Assembly: GCA_039804105.1 (NCBI GenBank)
Contig: JBDRZU010000001.1
Location: forward strand, 352,001-416,000
Reading direction: 5' to 3'
DNA length: 64,000 nucleotides
DNA from: a candidate division WOR-3 bacterium
GTDB taxonomy: Bacteria; Hydrothermota; 32-111
Position numbers and translations under genes: made by a program
Notes under the pieces: generated by a model
The model's input: the letters and a program-made list of their open reading frames with translations, nothing else
What the model was told of the DNA's origin: nothing
Database searches by the model: none
Part shown: one piece after another, positions 40,276 through 48,818 of the stretch
How the letters are laid out: each line of letters begins with the position of its first letter
Numbering within the stretch: position 1 is the first letter of the stretch

Positions 40276-41184
40276 CTATTTTAAGATTTTTTCAAGTTCT
40301 TTATCCTCTGGATATCTCTCTTCAAAAAGTGTAACAACTTCGGATCGATATCCTATTATCCTTCCAAAATCATCAACTTTCAAAATCAACTTATCAAAAC
40401 TTGATAATTCACCATATCCTTTCATTATTATAGTATGATTTTTAGGTGTTTCGATAGCATTCCTTAATCCAATCCCATCGAATCCACCAAAAATAATATC
40501 TATACCTTCCACATTTTCCGCAATAATTTTGTCATGTTCAAGACCAACAGATGTTAAACCAATTATAATTGAACATCTATTTTTTTTCAATATATCGACC
40601 ATCTCTTTCGCTACATCGATCTCCCTGCTTATGACATAATTCCCAGCAACATCTTCATCCATATTCAATAATGCATATTCAGATAATAAGCCAAATACAC
40701 CGATCCTGACTCCTTCCTTTTCAATAATCACATAACGTTCAGGTTGTAAATCTGAATTCAGAATCTTTAAGTTTGAAGAGATAAGTTTTGGATTAAAAAG
40801 TTTTACAGAGTTTAAGAAGAACTCAGGACCTGCGATTATCTCATCAATGCCGAGATTCACGATATCATAACCCATATGGTTAAAATACAAAGCAGGTTTG
40901 ATAAAATCAACAGAATCGTTATCAACACTTTTAAAGACAAAATTGCCAGAATCAAAGAGAAGAAATATTGCACCATTTTTACAAGCTTTTTCTCTTTCAT
41001 ATTTTATAGCTGTTGATAGTGAATATATACCACCAAGAACTGGAGGAAAATCAGGGTTGATAAAAGTTGCCTCCCTTCTATCAAGAACATTTCTTATATC
41101 GTTTGTATGTATTAATATGATATCTTTTGAAAAAATTGATAAAAAGAACAGAAAACCAAATAAAATGGAAAAACTCTTTTTCAT
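40276..41184 (-). CDS. Exported 5'-nucleotidase-like metallophosphoesterase domain, metal ligands degenerate
   Basis: Signal peptide; IHTNDIR, FDSGN, MGYD..NLGIDE, ISSNL, GVRIGVFGL, GIDIIFGG in calcineurin-like order; no C-terminal 5'-NT domain. Confidence 0.75.
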   Translation of the reverse strand: MKKSFSILFGFLFFLSIFSKDIILIHTNDIRNVLDRREATFINPDFPPVLGGIYSLSTAIKYEREKACKNGAIFLLFDSGNFVFKSVDNDSVDFIKPALYFNHMGYDIVNLGIDEIIAGPEFFLNSVKLFNPKLISSNLKILNSDLQPERYVIIEKEGVRIGVFGLLSEYALLNMDEDVAGNYVISREIDVAKEMVDILKKNRCSIIIGLTSVGLEHDKIIAENVEGIDIIFGGFDGIGLRNAIETPKNHTIIMKGYGELSSFDKLILKVDDFGRIIGYRSEVVTLFEERYPEDKELEKILK

Positions 41185-41193
41185 TTTCACCTC

Positions 41194-41760
41194 TTAAAAA
41201 ACTGTTATTTTATCAGCTGCTTTTTCAAGTATTTTCGAAAAATAATTTTCATATATATGAGCCAGAGTATCCGATTTGATGAGTATAGATGCTTCATTGT
41301 TTTTATCAAGTGCCTGGTAACTCCAGTTTGTTGAACCAACTATAACAAAAACTGAATCTATGATCAGCGCTTTTGCATGCAGTGTCGCTTCAGGATCATC
41401 ATAGTAAACTTTTATACCCCCACTTCTTAAAAAATCGCCAAGATCTTTGTTTCTAATGCTTTGATTCGGATTGAAACCTGACTGATCAAGAATGATCTTT
41501 ACATCAACACCCCTTTTAACAGCATCAAACAAAGATTCATAAATCTTTTGGTTCACACCTTCCTTTCTTTCAGGATAATAACCACCTTCAAGCATCATGA
41601 TATGAATCGTTTTTTTCGAATTTTTTATAAGTTTTAATAAATTTTTTGAATATTCTCTGTTGTTCATTGTCATTGCTCCCTCCGCAGGGAGAAAATTTAA
41701 ACTATCTGAAAACAAAAAGTAAAAAGAAAATATCGATAAGAAAAATATTAACCTTTTCAT
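41194..41760 (-). CDS. Exported single-HKD phospholipase D/Nuc-family protein (paralog 2)
   Basis: Signal peptide; HAKALIID......GSTN, NNE. Confidence 0.9.
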   Translation of the reverse strand: MKRLIFFLSIFSFYFLFSDSLNFLPAEGAMTMNNREYSKNLLKLIKNSKKTIHIMMLEGGYYPERKEGVNQKIYESLFDAVKRGVDVKIILDQSGFNPNQSIRNKDLGDFLRSGGIKVYYDDPEATLHAKALIIDSVFVIVGSTNWSYQALDKNNEASILIKSDTLAHIYENYFSKILEKAADKITVF

Positions 41761-41770
41761 AAATGTACTC

Positions 41771-42346
41771 CTAAGGTGTTATTGTTAAACTGTCAAATTT
41801 GAACTTATAAAGTTTTTCAAAAAAATCTTCATATTTTAAAGATATATCCCTTGATTTCACAGCAACAGCACATTCATTGTTTTTTGCAAGAGCATAAAAA
41901 CTCCAGTTTGTAGATCCAACGACAGTTATGGTTGAATCTATAACAACGAATTTTGCATGTGTTGTTATGTCGGGCATATCAAAGTATACTTCAACTCCAA
42001 ACTGTTTCATATATTTTACATACTCGTCGTTTTTAACTGATAATGAAGGATTCCATGAGGATTGATCAACGATCACAACAACCTTGACACCTCTTTTAAC
42101 TGCATTTATCAGAGAATTTTGGATATCTGTTGGTTCACCTTCAGGATAATCTGGATAATAACCAACCTGATATATAACAGCATGGATAGTTTTCTTCGAA
42201 TTGTCAAAAAGTTTTATAAGAGTTTTTGTATAGTCTCTGTCGTTCATCGGCAACACTCCATCAACAGGAAAAAGTTTTAACTCTTCCTGTGAAAAGATTG
42301 CTGAATAAATCATAAAAGGTAATAAAATTAAAATTATCTTTTTCAT
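41771..42346 (-). CDS. Exported single-HKD phospholipase D/Nuc-family protein (paralog 1)
   Basis: ATG 42346 with SD AGGAG; signal peptide; HAKFVVID......GSTN, NNE. Confidence 0.9.
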   Translation of the reverse strand: MKKIILILLPFMIYSAIFSQEELKLFPVDGVLPMNDRDYTKTLIKLFDNSKKTIHAVIYQVGYYPDYPEGEPTDIQNSLINAVKRGVKVVVIVDQSSWNPSLSVKNDEYVKYMKQFGVEVYFDMPDITTHAKFVVIDSTITVVGSTNWSFYALAKNNECAVAVKSRDISLKYEDFFEKLYKFKFDSLTITP

Positions 42347-42353
42347 AATTCTC

Positions 42354-43514
42354 CTAAAATTTGATTGAAACATCACCAACGAATTTTAAAACTCTATCGT
42401 TATAATAAATTCCTTCTTTTTCATAGTTGATATTTTTATAGTTAACAGCAAGAGTAAATTCTGTCATCCCTAATTTGTATGTAAGTCCTGTTGAAAAACC
42501 TATATCTACCAATCTGTTATCCTTTCTGTATGGTTCATACAGAAAACCATACATAAGATCAATATTTCTATTAAGTTCATGTGAAACACCAATATTATAT
42601 TTGATAAGATCGTTGTAATCTTTAAAATCACCGTTGAGTTCACTCCATCTTTCATAACTCAAAGAATAATAGAAAGTAGCTGGTGCAACATTCTTTGCTC
42701 TATATTCCAAACCAAAAGAGAATATGTTGGGGATTATATAGTAGACGGTCTCAGTCAAAAGATTTGTATCAGAAGCGATGATATCAGTTACTCTGTTAAC
42801 TGTAAGATATGTTCTAATGTTGTAAACAAAAGTTAAAATTACATCATCTTTATGGTTGTAGGAAATTCCGATATTTCCTCTGATCCCTGAGTAATTTTCT
42901 TTCGTGGATGATGTAGAGTCAATAAAAGAAGGATCTACAAAAAGTTTTGAGTAATCGGATGAACCATCTCCCTGCATTATTGAAAAATTTGTTCCCAAAG
43001 CTAATCCATAAAATCTGTAATTCAAACTCAAAAAGTATGTGTTTACATTTCCAATTCTGACATAACTTTCATCATAGAGTATAACATAGTTATCGTTTCT
43101 GTATATTTGTCGATAGGTATAATCATTGTTTATGTAATTCTCATAACCTAAATAGAGACCAAAATCTGATACGGGCATATATCCCATAATGTAAGCAGGT
43201 TCACCATAAAGAAAAGTGTTATCGTAAACATTCTTTTTCGCAACACTGTTTTCGTATGAATCAAAAATATACTTTGATCTTGTTTCCCTTGTTGATAATC
43301 CATAAAAACCGAGCGAAATCAAATAGTTTGTGGTTTTACATTCAACTGTTGGATTCAAAAGTGGATTGAAGAAGAAATCGTTGTTCCCCAGTGCTGCTCC
43401 TTTACTGAAAAGCGATGTGTTAAAATCTCCAAGTCCTGTATTGTATAATGAAACATATGAAAAAAGGTTAACACAAAAGAAACTCAGAAGAATAATATAA
43501 AAAAACTTTTTCAT
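42354..43514 (-). CDS. Outer-membrane beta-barrel protein (FadL/PorV-like)
   Basis: ATG 43514 with SD GGAGG; signal peptide, N-terminal GAALG...NP motif, aromatic-rich alternating strands, terminal VSIKF beta-signal. Confidence 0.65.
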   Translation of the reverse strand: MKKFFYIILLSFFCVNLFSYVSLYNTGLGDFNTSLFSKGAALGNNDFFFNPLLNPTVECKTTNYLISLGFYGLSTRETRSKYIFDSYENSVAKKNVYDNTFLYGEPAYIMGYMPVSDFGLYLGYENYINNDYTYRQIYRNDNYVILYDESYVRIGNVNTYFLSLNYRFYGLALGTNFSIMQGDGSSDYSKLFVDPSFIDSTSSTKENYSGIRGNIGISYNHKDDVILTFVYNIRTYLTVNRVTDIIASDTNLLTETVYYIIPNIFSFGLEYRAKNVAPATFYYSLSYERWSELNGDFKDYNDLIKYNIGVSHELNRNIDLMYGFLYEPYRKDNRLVDIGFSTGLTYKLGMTEFTLAVNYKNINYEKEGIYYNDRVLKFVGDVSIKF

Positions 43515-43522
43515 TTTTCCTC

Positions 43523-45943
43523 CTACCATCTGATATCTATCTGACAGGATATACTTAAAAGATTTCTATACTCATTAAAATCTGAGATTACCTGAAAATC
43601 AGAATCAATATAACGATACTTGTTGTTGTAAAGTGATATACCAGAAAATGTTGTCTCTTGGTTCTTCAACGATAATTTCATTCTCATTGAAAGAATGTTT
43701 GATATTCTATCAACAAAAGTTAAATACATTTTGTTTCCCTTCCCATAGAGAAAATCTATTCCATTATCTTCAAGTATCCATTGACTCATACCATCCGTAT
43801 TCCATGTAGCAAAACCACCAAGTAATGAAAGAAAATCTGTAAACTTTTTCTCATAGGAAATATTCACAAAAGAACCATCGATAAAATTGTTCTCAAGGTT
43901 ACCACCTGTTGTGAGTTTTACCATTCCATACCTTGCCTCAAAATTCAGATAATCACTGTTATCAAGAACTGTGAATACTCTTAAAGTTGTTTCGTTAGTT
44001 ATAGAATTTGTTGACACTATACTTTTATAAATGTTTTTCTCCTGAATTTTATGTTTCAACCTGATTCTCACTGGATAAACAGGCCTTAACTCAAGTTCAG
44101 TTTGAAATCTGTAGTTGAGTAAGTTATAGTCGAGTGTTCTCCATATATCAAGATATGTGTAGTTCAATGTCAGATTCGAAAGGATTCTATATCTTGTCTC
44201 CAGGTATATTCCTTCCTCAGGTTTAGGCCTTGGATCATCGAGTATAAATGTGAAAAGCGGATCTATCAATCTGTAGGTTTTTTCAAATTCTGTATCATCA
44301 TATCTTGATTGTTCATAAAATGGCCTTGAGTAGAAATTTGTATAACCAAGATCGTATCTTCTTAAAAGTCCTACAAAATAAAAATCATTGTAAACAACAC
44401 CGCTTTTCAAAACATAAGCATAACTGTTTTTCTGTTTTGCAATTTCATACTGTAAGAAAACATTTTTATATGCTGTCTGGAAATTCAACCCGTAAACACT
44501 CATTCGATCACCTTTAAATTCTGATATATACACAGGAATATTAAGATTATCTTTATCGTATGGTATATCAAGAGTTAAACTGTCCTGTTCGAAACTTCTA
44601 TCGAAGATCGAGTTGAAACCGGAAACACCAATCTGTGTTACAAGTGGGAGATTAAAAATTCCCCCAATATTGATAGCGAATTTCCCTCCAAAAGTTTTCT
44701 CCCTGTAAACATCTGTGAATTCATCGATGTAAGTTTTCGTTAAAAATGGAAGGTTTACGGTTGAATCTCTGTTTAAAACACCATCTCTGTTCTTATCTGA
44801 AACAAACAAAAGATAATACAATCTACTGAAATTACCTTCAAGAGCAACTCCCAAAAGATTGTTTGCAAAAGATTCGTTAACATCGACAAAAAGTCCAGAA
44901 CTCCTGTCATATGTTCTTGAACTTTTTTCATCGGTGTTATCAAAAATCACTCCTTCATTCAAAGTAACTCGATAATTTCCAAATATGAGATTTTTTATAA
45001 ATGGGATATCCCTTATCTGAAAATAACCTTTAAAACCTCTTCGTCCAAGTGTTGAATAATCTGTAAAGAGTGTTCCGAAAGAGAAGTTGTTCCCAAGATT
45101 AAATGTCAATTTGTTGTAAAGGTTTGCACCGATTTTTCTTTTCGAAACCTGTAAATATTCTCTTTCAATTCGACTTTTTAAAGAATCAACTTCTTCAGAA
45201 GTATAACCAGCTTTTAAAAGAGTATTTCTAAGGTTAGAGGAATCGGGATTTATAACCTCAAGTTGTTTTAATCTATAAGATAGTTCGTTTGCAAGTGAGG
45301 AAAAAGAGGAATAACCATAAGTGTCATCGTTTGAATATCTAACCTTTGTTCTGATATATCCAGAAAGATCAAAAAAATTTCTTTTGTGATCCTTGAAAGA
45401 GATATAATTTCTTAAATTCGAATAAGCATAATAGGTAAGGTTTGGTGTTCGTCTGAGATCACTTGGATACCTGTAAGTTCTTGTCTTTTTTGCCTGCATT
45501 ATAGCTTCAACATCAGTTAATCTCACACCGTAAATCTGTGAAATCTCTTCAAATCCCACTTTATTTATGTTGATCTTCTCAACGAGCAACCTTTCCCATA
45601 GATCTATCGCGCCCTTTGAAGGATTCTCTTCACTCGCCAACCTATCCTGCATCCTTAAAATATAGATCGAAGTTGAATCAAGAGTTGTATCAGGTTTTAT
45701 TTCAAACTTATCCTTTAATATTGAAAATATTTCATAATCGACACCATCTATTTCAATAAGTTCATAGATCGATTTTATCTCACCATGTTTTTTTAAATAC
45801 AATTTTATATTGTTTATAACCTCATCTGGTAAAAACAATGTATCGAGTACATCAGGATCAACATTGTTTATATCAATTTTCTCCTGTGAAAAAAGTATTG
45901 AAAAAATGGTGAGAGCCAAAAGAAAAATGTATATCCTTCTCAT
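43523..45943 (-). CDS. Helix-hairpin-helix (ComEA-like) x2 + large outer-membrane beta-barrel protein
   Basis: Signal peptide; KIDINN...HGEIKSIYELIEIDGV and KININK...EEISQIYGV...SDLRR HhH-like units; beta-strand-rich remainder ending QIDIRW. Confidence 0.75.
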   Translation of the reverse strand: MRRIYIFLLALTIFSILFSQEKIDINNVDPDVLDTLFLPDEVINNIKLYLKKHGEIKSIYELIEIDGVDYEIFSILKDKFEIKPDTTLDSTSIYILRMQDRLASEENPSKGAIDLWERLLVEKININKVGFEEISQIYGVRLTDVEAIMQAKKTRTYRYPSDLRRTPNLTYYAYSNLRNYISFKDHKRNFFDLSGYIRTKVRYSNDDTYGYSSFSSLANELSYRLKQLEVINPDSSNLRNTLLKAGYTSEEVDSLKSRIEREYLQVSKRKIGANLYNKLTFNLGNNFSFGTLFTDYSTLGRRGFKGYFQIRDIPFIKNLIFGNYRVTLNEGVIFDNTDEKSSRTYDRSSGLFVDVNESFANNLLGVALEGNFSRLYYLLFVSDKNRDGVLNRDSTVNLPFLTKTYIDEFTDVYREKTFGGKFAINIGGIFNLPLVTQIGVSGFNSIFDRSFEQDSLTLDIPYDKDNLNIPVYISEFKGDRMSVYGLNFQTAYKNVFLQYEIAKQKNSYAYVLKSGVVYNDFYFVGLLRRYDLGYTNFYSRPFYEQSRYDDTEFEKTYRLIDPLFTFILDDPRPKPEEGIYLETRYRILSNLTLNYTYLDIWRTLDYNLLNYRFQTELELRPVYPVRIRLKHKIQEKNIYKSIVSTNSITNETTLRVFTVLDNSDYLNFEARYGMVKLTTGGNLENNFIDGSFVNISYEKKFTDFLSLLGGFATWNTDGMSQWILEDNGIDFLYGKGNKMYLTFVDRISNILSMRMKLSLKNQETTFSGISLYNNKYRYIDSDFQVISDFNEYRNLLSISCQIDIRW

Positions 45944-45952
45944 AAAAATCTC

Positions 45953-46831
45953 CTAAAACGAATAGGACAGTTGGATATGGTTTCTTGAAGGAAGATTTAT
46001 CACGGTTGTGTATCCATAATCAATCGATATGTTTTTAATCTTTAATTCAAATCCTAGGCCAAGAGTTGCAGGATAATTTCTTACACCTGAAAATATTGTA
46101 AAAACATTTTTCACGATTTGGGACTTGAATGAAAAACCAAATGAAGTTGGTTCACCACTTGTTTTTGAAAGATCGAAATTGGTAGTTAAACTCTCATAAG
46201 GGCTGAATGTTAAACCACCGGAAACCTTTCTTGTTATATAGTATCTTTCGTTACTCATTGAGCCAACTATATATGTATCTGTTAGATTAGAAACAGATAA
46301 ACCAATAAACCATCTATCGTAAATCCTTCCTATTATACCAAGATCAGCAGTATAATATATGTTGTTGTTATCATCAATTCCTTCCATCTTTTGTTCAACA
46401 AAAAGAAAATTAATATTTGTCCCTACCATAATAACATCGTTAAACCCCATACCATAAGTTAACTGGACAACTCGTTCTGTTTGTAATCTTGTGTTTGTAG
46501 AAATGATAGAATCCATATTTGAATAATCTCCCAAAACAAAAAGTTCAGAATATTTTAAACCGAGATTACCATAGTTCGAATAGTATCCACCAGAAATTGA
46601 TACTGTGTGTATGAACCTGTAAAGGTTCTCATACGACACAGAAACCTGATACTTATCAAGACCAACGATTGAAGCAGGATTAACTGTTATATTTTCTATT
46701 CCTGTAAGCATTCCTGTTGTAGCGAAAGCCATACTTTTTGATTGAACATTTCCGGGTATATATTCAAACACAGCAAAACTATTCAGGAAAAGTAAAAATG
46801 AAATTATGAAAATTAAAACTTTCTTTTTCAT
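45953..46831 (-). CDS. PorP/SprF/PorV-like outer-membrane beta-barrel
   Basis: About 290 aa, signal peptide, SKSMA...VNPAS motif, IDYGY, terminal NHIQLSYSF. Confidence 0.7.
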   Translation of the reverse strand: MKKKVLIFIISFLLFLNSFAVFEYIPGNVQSKSMAFATTGMLTGIENITVNPASIVGLDKYQVSVSYENLYRFIHTVSISGGYYSNYGNLGLKYSELFVLGDYSNMDSIISTNTRLQTERVVQLTYGMGFNDVIMVGTNINFLFVEQKMEGIDDNNNIYYTADLGIIGRIYDRWFIGLSVSNLTDTYIVGSMSNERYYITRKVSGGLTFSPYESLTTNFDLSKTSGEPTSFGFSFKSQIVKNVFTIFSGVRNYPATLGLGFELKIKNISIDYGYTTVINLPSRNHIQLSYSF

Positions 46832-46843
46832 CTTTTACCTCAA

Positions 46844-48817
46844 CTATTTTAATTTTGTTGAAATAACAATTGGTTTTGTGATACTTGTAACATAACCATT
46901 TGGATCGATTTTGGATACATTGAGTATAAATATTCCTATGTTACACCTTGCTCCATTCTTGTCTTTACCATCCCATTGATATATATTTGAACCTGGCTGG
47001 TTTTCAGCGATAGTTTTTATATGTTTTCCATTTATATCATAGATTTTCAATGTGAATCGTTCAGTGTTCAAACCTTTTAATTCGATTCTCAAGACCTGTC
47101 CATAATCTGGTGAGAAAGGGTTTGGAAAGAGTGAAACAGAAAAGGTGGAATCTTCAGGTAAACTTAAAATGTTGATATCCGATCTTTTGCGAACAAGAAG
47201 TTGATAACCAGAAGTGTATGGAGATTGGTTGTCATATTGGCTTGCTATTCCTGTAACATCGAGGATATTACCCGGCATTATCGAACTCATAATATTATCA
47301 AGATAAAGACCTGTTGATTGCCCGATTCTCACATCAATAACAGAAAAGCCATTTTGCACCTGGAAATTCTTTCCTGTTCCAGCATCAACAGGATATGTTA
47401 GAATCTTTCCATATCTGATCTTCAAAAGTTTACCTTCAACATTCTCAGAAATCCCCTGAGAGTTCAAAAGTTCTTCAGGTTTAACGATCGCTATCGTATC
47501 ATTTATAATGTAAACATCAGTATCTGGAGAAGAATATTTGATTTCAGTTAATCCATTATATTCAGTCACTGTTCCTCTGACTATGACCTCTATACCTTCT
47601 TTAAATTTTTGATTAGCTGGATCTGAAGATGAATATATGTTGACACCACCAGTTTGATCCTGTATATAAAAACCAGTTGATGTTGCAGTTGGCGAGAAGA
47701 TACTTGATGATCCAGTTACGATTCCTTTTACTGAAACAACCTGTCCCACATATTTTGAATTGTATCCATCATTTGTCGATTGAACCTCAGAAATATTCAT
47801 AATATCAGCAAAAGGGATTTTTTTCATAACAAAAAAAGAAGAAACTGGCAGTAATTGTGTTTGAGTAACTCCCGTGTACATCTTTACAGTATCAACATTT
47901 GTAAAATAATAATCTTTGATATAAATCTTTATAGTATCCTTAAAAGAAATATCGTCGATGTTAATCGTTGTTGTATTTGAAGTCGTATCGAAAGTTATTT
48001 TTGTTGAATCAAAAGAAATTAAAGATGAATCACAAACAACTTTTATTGAATCTGTAAGAACCTTTTTGTTTAAAACAACTTTAAGATATTTTATCGTTCC
48101 ATAAACAGTATCAACATTAGGGATAAGATCCACTCTTATATCGTTATAAGAAAAATCGTTAAAAAATTTCGGATTAACACTTAAAACTCCACTTCCATCA
48201 AGTGTTTTTAAAACATCTTCGTTTCCATAAGGTCTCAATTCAAATTTACCGTTGTATTCATCCATACATCCTCTAACAAAAATGAAAGTATCGTTTAGAG
48301 ATTCAACTGTTACAGGATAGTTAAGATCCTCGTATACAGTTAAAGGCCCTGTGCCATCATCGATTTGCCATTCTCTCGCTGTTACTATCTGACTCACATA
48401 ACAGCCCTCTAACTGTACAAACATCCCCTCCCATTTTTCTTTTCCTGCCTCACCTGTTTTGAGTTTCACCGGGCCTGGGATCGTCCGTCCTTTTGCAAGT
48501 ACAGTTAGAACTGTTGGATTAGAAATCTCTGTTTTTCCATTGTATTCAACAACCTGTCCTGTAACACTTATTGAATCTCCAACTTCAACAGGAGCTGGAG
48601 GATTATACACAAGAATTCCATGCCACGGTAAAGTATCATCCTGTATATACACATTAACTCCAAAAACTCTTGTAACTATTCCTGAAACCGTAACAATTTG
48701 TCCAGCATAGGGAGAAGCACCAGAAATGTTTTCAGTATATTGAACATCATAGATCGTTAACGAAAAAGAGACGATAACAAGTAAAACGGTTGAAAAAAAT
48801 AAAAATAGATATTTCAT
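46844..48817 (-). CDS. Secreted tandem OB-fold (YhcR/ExeM-type) protein with C-terminal FlgD-Ig/T9SS-like sorting domain
   Basis: Two repeats I.DVQ...S.Y.GQ.V.V.GIVT...YIQD...V.G.V.EYNG.TEI...EG.(F/L); CTD PNPFSP...LKIYDING.HIKT...WDGKDKNG...GIFI. Confidence 0.8.
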   Translation of the reverse strand: MKYLFLFFSTVLLVIVSFSLTIYDVQYTENISGASPYAGQIVTVSGIVTRVFGVNVYIQDDTLPWHGILVYNPPAPVEVGDSISVTGQVVEYNGKTEISNPTVLTVLAKGRTIPGPVKLKTGEAGKEKWEGMFVQLEGCYVSQIVTAREWQIDDGTGPLTVYEDLNYPVTVESLNDTFIFVRGCMDEYNGKFELRPYGNEDVLKTLDGSGVLSVNPKFFNDFSYNDIRVDLIPNVDTVYGTIKYLKVVLNKKVLTDSIKVVCDSSLISFDSTKITFDTTSNTTTINIDDISFKDTIKIYIKDYYFTNVDTVKMYTGVTQTQLLPVSSFFVMKKIPFADIMNISEVQSTNDGYNSKYVGQVVSVKGIVTGSSSIFSPTATSTGFYIQDQTGGVNIYSSSDPANQKFKEGIEVIVRGTVTEYNGLTEIKYSSPDTDVYIINDTIAIVKPEELLNSQGISENVEGKLLKIRYGKILTYPVDAGTGKNFQVQNGFSVIDVRIGQSTGLYLDNIMSSIMPGNILDVTGIASQYDNQSPYTSGYQLLVRKRSDINILSLPEDSTFSVSLFPNPFSPDYGQVLRIELKGLNTERFTLKIYDINGKHIKTIAENQPGSNIYQWDGKDKNGARCNIGIFILNVSKIDPNGYVTSITKPIVISTKLK

Positions 48818-48818
48818 C

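Noticed and set aside
41194..42346. PLD pair as an anti-phage defence system or cardiolipin synthase
   Set aside because: Both have signal peptides and a single HKD with no helicase/methylase partners or Cls membrane architecture; lipid activity is not formally excluded.
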